A stretch of 64,000 nucleotides of DNA from a virus (IMGVR_UViG_3300029288_000054:32001-96000); one strand, 5' to 3'. Counted from the stretch's first letter, positions 37,493 to 47,485 are shown. Numbers and translations: made by a program. The notes: generated from the letters alone by a model not told the origin.

Positions 37493-38487
37493 TACATTAC
37501 CCTTACACCGATCTTGGCTGCTGCTAGGGTATCAACTGTCCACGCTTCACCTGTTCCTGGATCAACTGTACTGGTGCGTCGAATATCAACATATCCAGCA
37601 CCACTTGTCTGGATATCATCACCAACGTCTGTCACGCCATTAGATAATATCGGCGATTCAATCAAGACAGAAGATCCTGACTGAACTGATACTTGCGTGT
37701 TTATCTGTAATCCTAAGATTGTGCTGTCGCCAGTTAAACTCGGATATCCATATAAATCGGTTTGGGTTTGCGTTCCACTCGAAACGTAATCCGTCGAATT
37801 AGCTGGATTTTCATCAACCAGATTATAATGCGTTGTGCCTGTGCTTGGTGTCCATTGTATTGTTTCTGTGTCTGAATTCGGAAATATGGCGGCTATTTTG
37901 CAAACTCCCAAGAGATCATTAGCCGTGTCTCCAGACCCATCACAAATATAAAAATCATCTATTCGAGCAGTTGAGCCACCTGTTACTCTGACAATGTTGT
38001 AGTAAGCCTCGGTACCAGTTTGAGTATTGATGTCAGTTATGAGCGTAATTGTAGTGCCATTTATTCGGACTTCTATGCTGCCATTTGTTGGATGGCATAT
38101 ACACTTCATTTCTATATAGTACCAGGGATTAGAAAGAGTGAACGACGTATTTGTGTCGAGAGTAGTACCACCGAGTTTGGTTGTTAAAGACGTTGACGTT
38201 ATCAAAATGTTTGGACCTTGAACGCCATTGTAATAAAACTGTAGTCCTATACCTGAACCAACCTGAAAAGCGATACCAGAAATAAGTGTGCTATCTGTTG
38301 TTAGGATTGGCGTTATCAATGTGTTGCCATTTGATATATTACAATATAGGCTATAACCATAAAGTCTGCCGATAGCAATATTTGGGCTACCGCCGACAGT
38401 CGTGTAGCCGCGAGCATATATTAAAGCTGCTGCGACACCGCCGGTTCCGCCGTAGCCCTCGAATCCATCAATCCAAAGTAAAGCCAT
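37492..38487 (-). CDS. LamG/ConA-like putative tail adhesin, array copy L1
   Basis: Same framework; ends IGVRVM. Confidence 0.8.
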   Translation of the reverse strand: MALLWIDGFEGYGGTGGVAAALIYARGYTTVGGSPNIAIGRLYGYSLYCNISNGNTLITPILTTDSTLISGIAFQVGSGIGLQFYYNGVQGPNILITSTSLTTKLGGTTLDTNTSFTLSNPWYYIEMKCICHPTNGSIEVRINGTTITLITDINTQTGTEAYYNIVRVTGGSTARIDDFYICDGSGDTANDLLGVCKIAAIFPNSDTETIQWTPSTGTTHYNLVDENPANSTDYVSSGTQTQTDLYGYPSLTGDSTILGLQINTQVSVQSGSSVLIESPILSNGVTDVGDDIQTSGAGYVDIRRTSTVDPGTGEAWTVDTLAAAKIGVRVM

Positions 38488-38498
38488 CACACTACCCT

Positions 38499-39035
38499 TT
38501 ACGCATTTACGGTATAGACGACTCTAAGTAAGCTTCCAATGAACACTGGGATGTTGCCGGCAGTGAACAGAGCGGTTGCCCAAAGAATGCTGTTGTCGCC
38601 TGTGTGGTCGTTTTTGAACTGTGCATTCGGAGAGCCGCCAACTACAAACAAACCTTTGACGATGCCAACAGCAGTACATGTAAATAAAGCTTTGGTCGTG
38701 TTCGTTGTAGCTTGACCAGACGCCGCATCAGTGACCCAGATCGGCCTAGTCGTCGCATCATCGGCGTTATTTGTATCTGTATAGCTGTCAAATTCGTCCC
38801 AGCCGTTAGTCAGATTGATATTCCGATAAACATCAGTAGCGGCTAATGCGGAATAGCCAACATTGTCGATCAGACTAAGATACCAAGCGGTGATCTTCGG
38901 AGTATCATTCCATCCGATGTCGAGGAATCTATTCTTACCCTCGTTTGTTGTATCGTTCTTGCACGGATAGATGCCTATCAACTCGCCATTATACCAGTGC
39001 TCAACGGAAAATCTGCCGCGTAAATGAAGATCCAT
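38499..39035 (-). CDS. Small tail/baseplate-associated protein
   Basis: GRFSVEH..NxxTNEGKN..WYLSLI..GLFV..LWATALF..LRVVYTV, a common phage tail-protein pattern. First gene of the array operon. Confidence 0.7.
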   Translation of the reverse strand: MDLHLRGRFSVEHWYNGELIGIYPCKNDTTNEGKNRFLDIGWNDTPKITAWYLSLIDNVGYSALAATDVYRNINLTNGWDEFDSYTDTNNADDATTRPIWVTDAASGQATTNTTKALFTCTAVGIVKGLFVVGGSPNAQFKNDHTGDNSILWATALFTAGNIPVFIGSLLRVVYTVNA

Positions 39036-39122
39036 GGCAATTTCTTCTTTTAGTAGTAGTACGAAATGGTTTACGATAAATTTGAATTATCGTTAACCAT
39101 ACCTACTAAACGGCAAAGTACA

Positions 39123-40256
39123 TCAGTACTTGTTGAAATGCCGAGATAAGCAGAAATCGAGTGGAACGTCATCTGCTTCCGTGCCAATTTTTATAACCGT
39201 CGTTCCAGCGTTATTCGGCACAGCATAAATGATCCCATTTGGAGCAAGAGCACAACCGCTCCATTTTGCACCAGTTCCTAAGCTACCAAAGGTGACAACT
39301 GTATCAGTTGTCGGATCGATCATTAAAATAGTTGTTATAGAAGCACTATTCGTAGCGGCATAAATCATTCCATTTGGAGCTAGAGACCCGCCGAACCACT
39401 TGTATGTAGTGGTGCCGAGCGAGCCGAAGGTCGTCACCGTATCTGTAGTAGGATCGATTTTCAACACTGCTGCATTACTGGACGGTATTCCATAAATCAT
39501 TCCATTCGGAGCCAGCACAGCACCAGACCATTTATAAGTCCCCGTGACCACAGAACCAAACGTCGTTATTGTATCAGTTGTTGGGTCGATCTTTAATATA
39601 GTCGTTGCGGTATATGGAATAGCATAAATCATGCCATTTGGAGCTAGGCAACCACCATACCAATTATCGGCACTTGCTAAATCACCGAATATCGTATATG
39701 TATCGGTCGTAGGGTCGATCTTTAGCACACCAGCATAATAACGTGGTGGCGAATAAATCATTCCATTTGCAGCAAGAATACTGCTTACAAATTTAGAGCT
39801 GCCGCTAAAAGTTCCGAAGGTTGTGCATGTGTCCGTCGTTGGGTCGATCTTTAATATAGCATCCGATCCATATGGTGCAGCATAAATCATGCCGTTTGGC
39901 GCTAAGCAACCACCGGCCCATTTATATGTCGTTGCTCCTAGGTCGCCGAATGTGGTAATGGCATCTGTGGTTGTATCAATCTTAAGTACTACTGCACTTG
40001 TAGACGGTATTCCATAGATGCATGAGTTAGGTGCCAATACAGCACCTTGGAATCCGGTAGCGGTAGAAATCTGAGAGGTCGTTCTTTGAGAACAAGCATA
40101 ATTTAATCCGACCCGCGCACAAACGGCTTTCTGTACTTGCTGCCATGCTAGCTTATTCACCTCCCATGCAGGGAAGTCGCCATGATTCAGCATATCTCCG
40201 CTACTTAACGAGCTTATAGAGTTAGCTTTTTCGACTAGTGGTTTTTGATATGCCAT
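39123..40256 (-). CDS. Beta-propeller repeat protein, paralogue P1
   Basis: MAYQKPLVEK..; seven repeats; ends SRHFNKY. Closest to P4 at the N-terminus. Confidence 0.85.
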   Translation of the reverse strand: MAYQKPLVEKANSISSLSSGDMLNHGDFPAWEVNKLAWQQVQKAVCARVGLNYACSQRTTSQISTATGFQGAVLAPNSCIYGIPSTSAVVLKIDTTTDAITTFGDLGATTYKWAGGCLAPNGMIYAAPYGSDAILKIDPTTDTCTTFGTFSGSSKFVSSILAANGMIYSPPRYYAGVLKIDPTTDTYTIFGDLASADNWYGGCLAPNGMIYAIPYTATTILKIDPTTDTITTFGSVVTGTYKWSGAVLAPNGMIYGIPSSNAAVLKIDPTTDTVTTFGSLGTTTYKWFGGSLAPNGMIYAATNSASITTILMIDPTTDTVVTFGSLGTGAKWSGCALAPNGIIYAVPNNAGTTVIKIGTEADDVPLDFCLSRHFNKY

Positions 40257-40316
40257 AACAAAATAATTTTGACATATAACAAGCCTGTCGTCCGCTGCTC
40301 GGAAAGTGCATCCGGA

Positions 40317-42044
40317 CTAAATTGATTGCCAGGTATCGCCGTTGAACCGCAAGAACGTCGTACCGTTATACCACTCGTCGCCCCAAATCGGGCTTCTTCC
40401 ACCGAGTAGAATTATCAAACGCGGAAGAACATATTCCTCGTAGAATGCGTTTGCTGCTGTGTCAGTGTCGGGAGGTAGCTTCGTGTAATCGATACAAAGT
40501 TGGACCGTTCGACGTACAAGACCACCAGTATTACCATATCGGCTAATACCTTCAACGGGGATGATTCCCGTCTGCGAGTCGAGATCGATCGTGTTACCAA
40601 GACCTTGATCTCGCTCGCAGACGAACCGGTTTTCCTCGGAGGGAGGAATTGGTGTGGTAAGGCTGGATGTTGACCCAACCATTGCTCTGCATTGACCGTC
40701 CGTAGGCGTCCATCTCGGCACTCGGCTAATCGAGAAGGAACTCAATCTGGTGGCGGTTTGCAGGAATGTTGCAGACTGTTCCGGCAGAAGTGATTCGAAA
40801 GCATTGAAGAAGAGGTCAACGACGTTCGACGTCGAACCCCACAAGCTGCTCAGAACCACGTGTCCCCTACCGAAATCCTGGAAGTAAAGTTCGAAATCAG
40901 TTCCAGATTGTAGTAGAAGGTCGTTGATTGGTTCAATCGCCACGATGTCGCCAGTTACCATATTCCGCATCAAGTCCAATCGTGCAAATTCGATTGGGTC
41001 TGGCGACGGGCTTAATCTGGTGACGTTATGCGTTGCGAAGAAGAACCGCAATTGATCGTTTGTCGTTCCGACCGGTTGGATTCTACTGATCCACACCGGA
41101 AAGAATGTACCACTTGTGTCGCCGGTCGGTTCATCTCCAGCGGGTGCCACGATGTTGAACTCGCGGAATATCGCGGCTGGGATTGTTACGACGAATGTGC
41201 CGCTTGACGTCCTCGTGGCTTCGGCACCGAAAGGGAAGTTGAATGCATTTAACCACGACGACGCATCGCTTGCGATATTCGGGATGGCATTATTGCAACT
41301 ATCAACTAACATACCAGTGCCGTGACTTACCGGTATCGGAGAATAGCTGTTGATTTCGGACGGCGTAGCGCCAGTATTTGCGATCTGGTAGACTGTCGGT
41401 AGTATTGATCCAGGCGCGACAAGATTGTAGAACGCCTGGACAAGTGGGTCGTTCTGCGGTAGAGTTCGGAAGGTAATGAATCCGTCGATAGTCGCCGTTT
41501 CGCTAATATCGATGTTTATCGGCTCTTCCGTGCATACGGTCAACCGCGATCTCTGATAGGTCAACTCGCTGTCAATCGTATAGTCGGCGGTGAACAGAGC
41601 GATCTCGGTCGGATTGTCGCCTTTGACAGCCGTGAAGATCAAGCGCAGAATGCCATTATAGGTGCCGGTTGTGCCTGGATTAGTACCAGTTTCGCGTTTG
41701 ATTTTCGCCAGTCTAAAGTCATGCCAATCCTTTGGCGTCGACATATGCAAGTCCCAAATCCAGCCATTCGGCAACTGGGCATTGGTAGTCGAATTGACTA
41801 CTATTGCTTGGATAAGGAATGGGAAAATTGCCTCGTGACCGATGCTGATGCTCAGCGAATCGAGGGTCTTCGCAAGGATGAGTTGTCGGAGAGTGATGTC
41901 CGCCATCGGGCGATTCATTGCTTCGTAGTATACTGGGTCTGTTGGCGTGATCCAGCGAACGTTCAGGGTCGAATCAGCGGTTAGTGCCTGGAAAAGATTT
42001 CCAGGTGCAACCGTTGGGACCAGGCTGGGATTGATTGTCGGCAT
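40317..42044 (-). CDS. Putative virion structural protein
   Basis: MNRPMADITLRQLIL resembles a fibre N-terminal motif. GGAG ribosome-binding site and CAAAGATAA motif upstream. Confidence 0.6.
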   Translation of the reverse strand: MPTINPSLVPTVAPGNLFQALTADSTLNVRWITPTDPVYYEAMNRPMADITLRQLILAKTLDSLSISIGHEAIFPFLIQAIVVNSTTNAQLPNGWIWDLHMSTPKDWHDFRLAKIKRETGTNPGTTGTYNGILRLIFTAVKGDNPTEIALFTADYTIDSELTYQRSRLTVCTEEPINIDISETATIDGFITFRTLPQNDPLVQAFYNLVAPGSILPTVYQIANTGATPSEINSYSPIPVSHGTGMLVDSCNNAIPNIASDASSWLNAFNFPFGAEATRTSSGTFVVTIPAAIFREFNIVAPAGDEPTGDTSGTFFPVWISRIQPVGTTNDQLRFFFATHNVTRLSPSPDPIEFARLDLMRNMVTGDIVAIEPINDLLLQSGTDFELYFQDFGRGHVVLSSLWGSTSNVVDLFFNAFESLLPEQSATFLQTATRLSSFSISRVPRWTPTDGQCRAMVGSTSSLTTPIPPSEENRFVCERDQGLGNTIDLDSQTGIIPVEGISRYGNTGGLVRRTVQLCIDYTKLPPDTDTAANAFYEEYVLPRLIILLGGRSPIWGDEWYNGTTFLRFNGDTWQSI

Positions 42045-42081
42045 ATGTTCTCTCCATGTTAAACAATATTATCTTTGATTC

Positions 42082-42636
42082 CTACGAGCAAACACCAACC
42101 TGCTCAATGGGAGGTGGATTGGTATGTTGCGTCGGATGGTCGTTAACTGTCTTTTCGCGATGGTGTGGGCAATAACCATAAATAGCTTTGGCGTGATTAC
42201 AGTTAGCACAAAGAACCTGGAATCCAGGTGGGAAGTTGTTTCTAATTATCCACCAAATCACACTATAGCCTTTGCCGATATGCCTTCTGTGTTCTGCACC
42301 GTCGTTGTCAATATGGTCAATTTGTAGGAATTCTGGGGTTGTTTCGCCGCAGCAGGTGCATTTATAACCACCATACGCCATTATCACTTGATGGCGGATT
42401 CTACGATTTGCTTTCTTGACACCCTCTCGACAAAATACACAGGTTTCTCCGTCTGATGCCGGTAGTCTACCACATTTACACAGTCCCTTTTCACGATATT
42501 TTGCTCTATAGCCACGATACCGTTTCCTGCATTCAGCACAAGCTCTACCTCCGTCGACCGGCTCGCGTCGACCACACATTGAACATAGACCCGCCGCAAC
42601 CCAAGCAGCTCGACGTTTTCGCGTACTGTCTGACAT
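42082..42636 (-). CDS. HNH endonuclease with N-terminal Cys-rich repeats
   Basis: CTCCG..QIDHIDNDG..QVLCANCNHAK, plus two N-terminal Cys-rich repeats (GLCSMCG..CAEC, GLCKCG..CVFC). Start at 42636 or 42654. Confidence 0.85.
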   Translation of the reverse strand: MSDSTRKRRAAWVAAGLCSMCGRREPVDGGRACAECRKRYRGYRAKYREKGLCKCGRLPASDGETCVFCREGVKKANRRIRHQVIMAYGGYKCTCCGETTPEFLQIDHIDNDGAEHRRHIGKGYSVIWWIIRNNFPPGFQVLCANCNHAKAIYGYCPHHREKTVNDHPTQHTNPPPIEQVGVCS

Positions 42637-42695
42637 AAAGTATCTACGAAACACAGTTTTGGCGGCATAATAGAAACGCTCCCTATGTCATGCTT

Positions 42696-43520
42696 TTAGA
42701 CGCTGAACAAATAAGGGTATTGTTCGAATATCCAATCTTCAGCTACACGGTATTGATGATGCTTGTGGAAATTATTTTGTACTTGTGGTGTGTGGTTATT
42801 ATATAATTCTGGTGAAAGCCTAATAATAATTTTATCTAACTCGTCGAGGTCGTTAAACGTAAATATGCCGCCTGCGTCGAAATATCGTTCGATATTCTTC
42901 GTACCCCAATAAATCGGGATAGTCCCCACTGCAAAACAATCTATCAGTTTCTCTGTAAAGTAGTCATCAAATTTCGAATTCTCCACTACTATAGAGAACA
43001 TGAAATCAATTAATGCATCTTCTTTATATTGTGTCGCTCGGTATTGTGGTCCGAATGGAGATATACATGGATATCGGCTAATTATTGCGTGGCGTAGTTG
43101 ATGTCCAAGTGTCTGAGTCTTATCCGATGCTATAATTGAAACTAATTGTCGCTTTAGGTGAATGCCGACAGTGTGTTGGCGTGCACGCTGATCACCTACG
43201 CCAGGTATCCAGCAACCACCGTATGGATAGAATAGGAATTTCTTATCGTCGACTAACGCTCGGTCATATGTCAGGATATAGTTGAATTGATTTGAATTCT
43301 TTTGTATGTAGTCATAACTAGCTTGACATATGGCTGGTGGTTCTAATAACCAAGCTATCTTTCTGGCTGCTTGTGTAGAAGCAGCATTATTGAGGTAATG
43401 GTCTGTGAAGAAACAGATATTTTGCGGTGTCCGACACCAATTGAAATATTTTGGCATATTCCATCCACTTGACGAATAGACATGTGCAAAATTTGCGTCA
43501 TACAACCCAATTTGAAGCAT
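42696..43520 (-). CDS. Glycosyltransferase, GT10 (alpha-1,3-fucosyltransferase)-like
   Basis: FSIVVENS..DYFTEKLIDCFAVGTIPIYWG, WLLEP, ILTYD. Confidence 0.85.
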   Translation of the reverse strand: MLQIGLYDANFAHVYSSSGWNMPKYFNWCRTPQNICFFTDHYLNNAASTQAARKIAWLLEPPAICQASYDYIQKNSNQFNYILTYDRALVDDKKFLFYPYGGCWIPGVGDQRARQHTVGIHLKRQLVSIIASDKTQTLGHQLRHAIISRYPCISPFGPQYRATQYKEDALIDFMFSIVVENSKFDDYFTEKLIDCFAVGTIPIYWGTKNIERYFDAGGIFTFNDLDELDKIIIRLSPELYNNHTPQVQNNFHKHHQYRVAEDWIFEQYPYLFSV

Positions 43521-43528
43521 TATTATCC

Positions 43529-44155
43529 CTAAATGCGAAACTTCGTCTTAATTCCAACTTCAACATGGACTCTGTTGAACATCTCGTTTGTTATATGATG
43601 GGCAGTTATTATATTATTACTAGCGGTCGGTCGCTCGTCTTCTTTGCCATAGGCAACAAATCGTTTGTCATTTATAATTGGTATCCCACTAGCACGCAGC
43701 AGTCCTCCGACCATTACGTCTTCGGCACCATGCGTGATCGTCATATGCTCAGCTACGATCTGAGCACATCGCCTCGATAATAGATAGCCAGCTCCACCAG
43801 AACAGAATGAGCCAAAATCGATACCAACGTACTCGCCTTTTGGGCAATATTCCATTAAACGTATTGCTGCTACATAGGTGTCGTCGTCGCATTTAAATAG
43901 GTAATCCCAGTCATCTCGCTCTAATGCCCATTTACAAAACCATCTTGTTCGTTGCGGTAACGTTTCGTAGGAATCAGGACACGGTAACAATAGTGCGTGC
44001 CCATAAAGTTCTGGTGTAGATAATTTCTCAACGCCGAACAGCAACATTGATGGAATGCCAAGCAAATCGCAATCTGCCATCCATGTTCGCAGACAATTGT
44101 TTCGGCGATCAGGAGTTTTCCATCCAGCGGATGCACCAATTAGATAGCGTACCAT
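43529..44155 (-). CDS. Glycosyltransferase, GT31 (Fringe / beta-1,3-galactosyltransferase)-like
   Basis: RTW, LFKCDDDTYV, FCSGGAGYLLS, EDVMVG. Confidence 0.85.
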   Translation of the reverse strand: MVRYLIGASAGWKTPDRRNNCLRTWMADCDLLGIPSMLLFGVEKLSTPELYGHALLLPCPDSYETLPQRTRWFCKWALERDDWDYLFKCDDDTYVAAIRLMEYCPKGEYVGIDFGSFCSGGAGYLLSRRCAQIVAEHMTITHGAEDVMVGGLLRASGIPIINDKRFVAYGKEDERPTASNNIITAHHITNEMFNRVHVEVGIKTKFRI

Positions 44156-44216
44156 AGATTGTCAAAGATACTCAGGGAATTAAGTATAATGCCGTTCGAA
44201 TTCCAAGGAGCTGATC

Positions 44217-45137
44217 GTGGATAAGCTTTACACAGTTCACAGATATTTTAATCAAGCATGCTCTGATGCTGGAATTCGTGCTGAATTGCTCGTCAGTGAA
44301 GACGATGTGCGAGTCGCACTCGTCAGACAGCCGCTAGCCAAAATAACCGAAGGTCTTCGGAAAGCTGCAGTAGCTAGTGGAATTATCGCAGAGACGAGGA
44401 TTATGCCGTCTGGCACAATGGTAATCATAACGTCGAATCCAAGTCTCAGCATATCGTCCATCGCGAATGCTGCCGAGTACAAATTCGGTAAGTTCTACCG
44501 CGATCTCAACGAGGCTTTCGACAAGCCGTGGGAGAAGAAGGACGAGAAGGACGAGAAGGACGAGAAGGAAGATGACAAGGATAAGCCGGATGAGAAGAAG
44601 AAAGATTGGGAGCCGGACGAGGACGAACCACCTCGTGCTAAGGACCGCTTCTTCGAAGACCGCGAAGCTATGCTGACCAAGAGTATTGATGAGGCTCTTG
44701 ACGGTATCGCTGTCCCTGATGGTGCTGCGCAGCCGGGGGTTGGCGTCAAAATGCTCAACAAAGCATTGGCTGCCAAAACCAGATCTGGCATGACGTTAAA
44801 GGATGCATTGAAGAAACAAGGTATCGTGTGGCATGTTGCGGAGCCGGGCTCTCATGTTGTCGTCTTCAAGGGTAAGAATGGCGATGAGAAGTGGCGAGTG
44901 GAGCCCATGACGCTCTCTGATACGAAAGTATTTGAGAAGACGATGGAGGCTCTTTGGTCCGTGGCGTTGGGTAAAGCACCGAATGCCAAAGAGCTTGAAC
45001 TCGACGCCGCCAAGCAGCGTGCTAAAGAATTAGGTGATCACCAGAAAGAAATTTCTGGACTGGTGGATCAGATCACCGGCAAGTATGCACCGCAACCAGT
45101 AGCAGGGGATAAGAATGCCGCCGTCAATCCCAGATAA
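44217..45137 (+). CDS. Hypothetical charged protein, possible internal head protein
   Basis: AAGGAG ribosome-binding site, KDE repeats, LNEA/IDEA sites. CAAAGATAC upstream. Confidence 0.65.
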   Translation: MDKLYTVHRYFNQACSDAGIRAELLVSEDDVRVALVRQPLAKITEGLRKAAVASGIIAETRIMPSGTMVIITSNPSLSISSIANAAEYKFGKFYRDLNEAFDKPWEKKDEKDEKDEKEDDKDKPDEKKKDWEPDEDEPPRAKDRFFEDREAMLTKSIDEALDGIAVPDGAAQPGVGVKMLNKALAAKTRSGMTLKDALKKQGIVWHVAEPGSHVVVFKGKNGDEKWRVEPMTLSDTKVFEKTMEALWSVALGKAPNAKELELDAAKQRAKELGDHQKEISGLVDQITGKYAPQPVAGDKNAAVNPR

Positions 45138-45765
45138 TAGGCTTCGGTTTCCGGCACCGCTCATTGATTTTGCCGCCGAAGTTGGTCTAACTGGGCAGGA
45201 TCATGAGAGATTTCCCTATCCCGACGCGCAACCGCGATGGGATTGGATGTTGATGTGGTATATCAGCCTCCTGGCGAATCAAGCGTCTTATCAAGAACCG
45301 ACACAATATCGCGATGGGACGTTGTGGTTCGACTTGAACACTCTGACTCTGAAGATCTGGCGTAGCAGCCTAGAGAACATAACTGGCTCGTGGATGAGCT
45401 TAGGTAGCGTTATTGATCTTGAAACTATATCGGGCGTACCAGTCAAGCTGAGCGACTGGTATATCTCTACGAACAATAAGCTCTCTGGCGGTTCGCCGCA
45501 AATCACTTTCAGTGGTAGCGTAACATCTGCCACAGCGACAGAAATTCCGGTACCAGTGACTCTGCAAGGCAACATTGACACATTTAAGACCAGGCCGTTT
45601 GTCTATATCAACGGTATATTGGTGGATCCACGAAAAGCTGAGTACTACACCGCGACGACCATTAAGCTAGTGAATCCGATTCAACTCGTTAAGGACGACA
45701 GATTCACTATCGTCATTATGAACATATTACCAGCCAACTTCTCAATCCCGGATGTAGTGATTTAA
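45115..45765 (+). CDS. Putative virion structural protein
   Basis: P..DGTLWFD motif and a VYINGIL C-terminal beta module typical of tail proteins. Confidence 0.6.
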   Translation: MPPSIPDNRLRFPAPLIDFAAEVGLTGQDHERFPYPDAQPRWDWMLMWYISLLANQASYQEPTQYRDGTLWFDLNTLTLKIWRSSLENITGSWMSLGSVIDLETISGVPVKLSDWYISTNNKLSGGSPQITFSGSVTSATATEIPVPVTLQGNIDTFKTRPFVYINGILVDPRKAEYYTATTIKLVNPIQLVKDDRFTIVIMNILPANFSIPDVVI

Positions 45766-46391
45766 TGATTACCATACTATTAGCAATCGATGGCATCGCG
45801 TTTTTAGCCATATTGGCAGTTCTCAGCATCATCTTTATCGTCTTGTCTGCCGTTGATGAGCCAAGCCCGCAAGGCTCCAGTATTGTTTTGCTCGTTGTAT
45901 TGGTTCTAGCTGCGCTTTTCACGGAAGCCGGTCCTGCTGCATGGGCACAGCCATGGGCCGCAGCGCTGTACGCTGGCGGCTATTTTCTTGCCGGTTGTAT
46001 CTATTCAATTTTCATCCGCTGGCCATTGTATCTTTATGGCTTGCGTAAGCGAGTGAAGACGGCAAGAGAAGAAATATCTGCCAAATACAGTTTGGCTCTC
46101 GCTGATTTTGTAAAGAACAAGGATGCGTTCAAGAATTGGATGTCAAGCGTCTATGAGATCGGTCGATACAATGGTATGCGGGTTAACGATGATGGCGTCC
46201 TTACTCCGCCGCAGTACCACGACAATAAAGCACGACTACTAACGTGGGCGATACTTTGGCCGTGGAACGTTTTGTGGGTTTGCGTCCGCAAGCCCATCAT
46301 CTGGATTTTCGAGGAACTGCTCAACCTGCAAATCCTGAAGCGCATTTCGCAGGCAATGTCGAACTGGATGTTCAAGGATTTCAACAAGTAA
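45765..46391 (+). CDS. Multi-pass membrane protein
   Basis: Three N-terminal hydrophobic helices plus WAILWPW. TAATG overlaps at both ends. Confidence 0.7.
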   Translation: MITILLAIDGIAFLAILAVLSIIFIVLSAVDEPSPQGSSIVLLVVLVLAALFTEAGPAAWAQPWAAALYAGGYFLAGCIYSIFIRWPLYLYGLRKRVKTAREEISAKYSLALADFVKNKDAFKNWMSSVYEIGRYNGMRVNDDGVLTPPQYHDNKARLLTWAILWPWNVLWVCVRKPIIWIFEELLNLQILKRISQAMSNWMFKDFNK

Positions 46392-47485
46392 TGGACGATT
46401 TGCCAAAGCGCGTCCTGTACCTAGACGATGAAAGATCTGATATGGAAAACGTCATAAATCTTAATGAATCATTTGGCAACATTTATGCCGGTAAGATCGA
46501 GATAATCGTCAAGGACAGGCATGGGCGAGTGCTTGAGCATATGTGCGATCACAACATCGTCAAGATCGGGGCCAAAGAGATACTGGCGCACCGTTTGCCT
46601 TACGAGAAGATCTGGGACCCGAATGCAAGCAGCGGAGCCGGTGCTTGGGTAGCTAGCGGACTCAATGCTGCTGATTACGCACCGAAGTATATTATTTTTG
46701 GTGCTTCGTTCGATCCTGTTACTCTCGCTGCGCTCGACACGATGGACCCGCGATATTATACAACAGACCCGATTACGGGTCTGACGGTGCCGATCACTCT
46801 CGGTGTTGGTGCTGAATATGAGGGTGGCCTCATCAACGCCATTCCACTTTCCGACCCAGGAAGGCCATTGAAGAGGGTCGAACAGATTTATTACCAGGCG
46901 ACATATCAGCCTGCTGGAACGCCGTTAATGCAAGATGATGTTCGTGCGATGAACAACATTGTCGTATTCGAGACAACTCTTACTAAGGATGAGTACAACG
47001 GATTCGGTCTGACCGATACCGACTATTTCACCATAACCGAAGTTGCATTGGCTGGCGGTAAAGAGCTAGGTAATGACGATGTGGGCCAGTGCGAATGCGA
47101 CCCGAAAACTCTATTCTTACAGGGTAAACCTGATGGGACACCTATAACTGTTAATGCTAGCGGCACCTCGACAGTTTCTATTGCCGTTCAAGATTTACCG
47201 TATTCCGATGTCGTTAATGTTGGCGACCAGATCAAGTTGGTTGCAGCTAATGGCTCGGTGCTATCGCAAATCAACGACCACTATTTGGTGACATCCAAAT
47301 TGATCGGTGGCAGTGATATTGGGTTAGACCGAACACCAGTTGATCAAAACGGTGACCCAATTATCGGCACAATAGGGATGTTTAGAGACTCGCTACGAAT
47401 CTTCTCTCATCGCATCCTAAAGACGCCATTCAAGAAGTCCACAGATTTCATGATCGTCGTGCGTTGGTCGATCATAATGAACTGA
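46391..47485 (+). CDS. Baseplate / tail-collar-like structural protein
   Basis: Start reassigned to MDDLPK. HNIVKIGAKEILA, ITEVAL, IFSHR..PFKK..VRWSI pattern. Confidence 0.6.
   Translation: MDDLPKRVLYLDDERSDMENVINLNESFGNIYAGKIEIIVKDRHGRVLEHMCDHNIVKIGAKEILAHRLPYEKIWDPNASSGAGAWVASGLNAADYAPKYIIFGASFDPVTLAALDTMDPRYYTTDPITGLTVPITLGVGAEYEGGLINAIPLSDPGRPLKRVEQIYYQATYQPAGTPLMQDDVRAMNNIVVFETTLTKDEYNGFGLTDTDYFTITEVALAGGKELGNDDVGQCECDPKTLFLQGKPDGTPITVNASGTSTVSIAVQDLPYSDVVNVGDQIKLVAANGSVLSQINDHYLVTSKLIGGSDIGLDRTPVDQNGDPIIGTIGMFRDSLRIFSHRILKTPFKKSTDFMIVVRWSIIMN

Noticed and set aside
21423-40256. Diversity-generating retroelement or shufflon behind the paralogue arrays
   Set aside because: There is no reverse transcriptase or recombinase in the window. 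I saw no non-coding template repeat with adenine-only mismatches and no inverted cassettes. All copies are full-length, co-oriented and differ at all four bases.
42082-42654. HNH gene as part of a group I intron
   Set aside because: Both flanking genes appear complete with their own starts and stops, so it looks free-standing.
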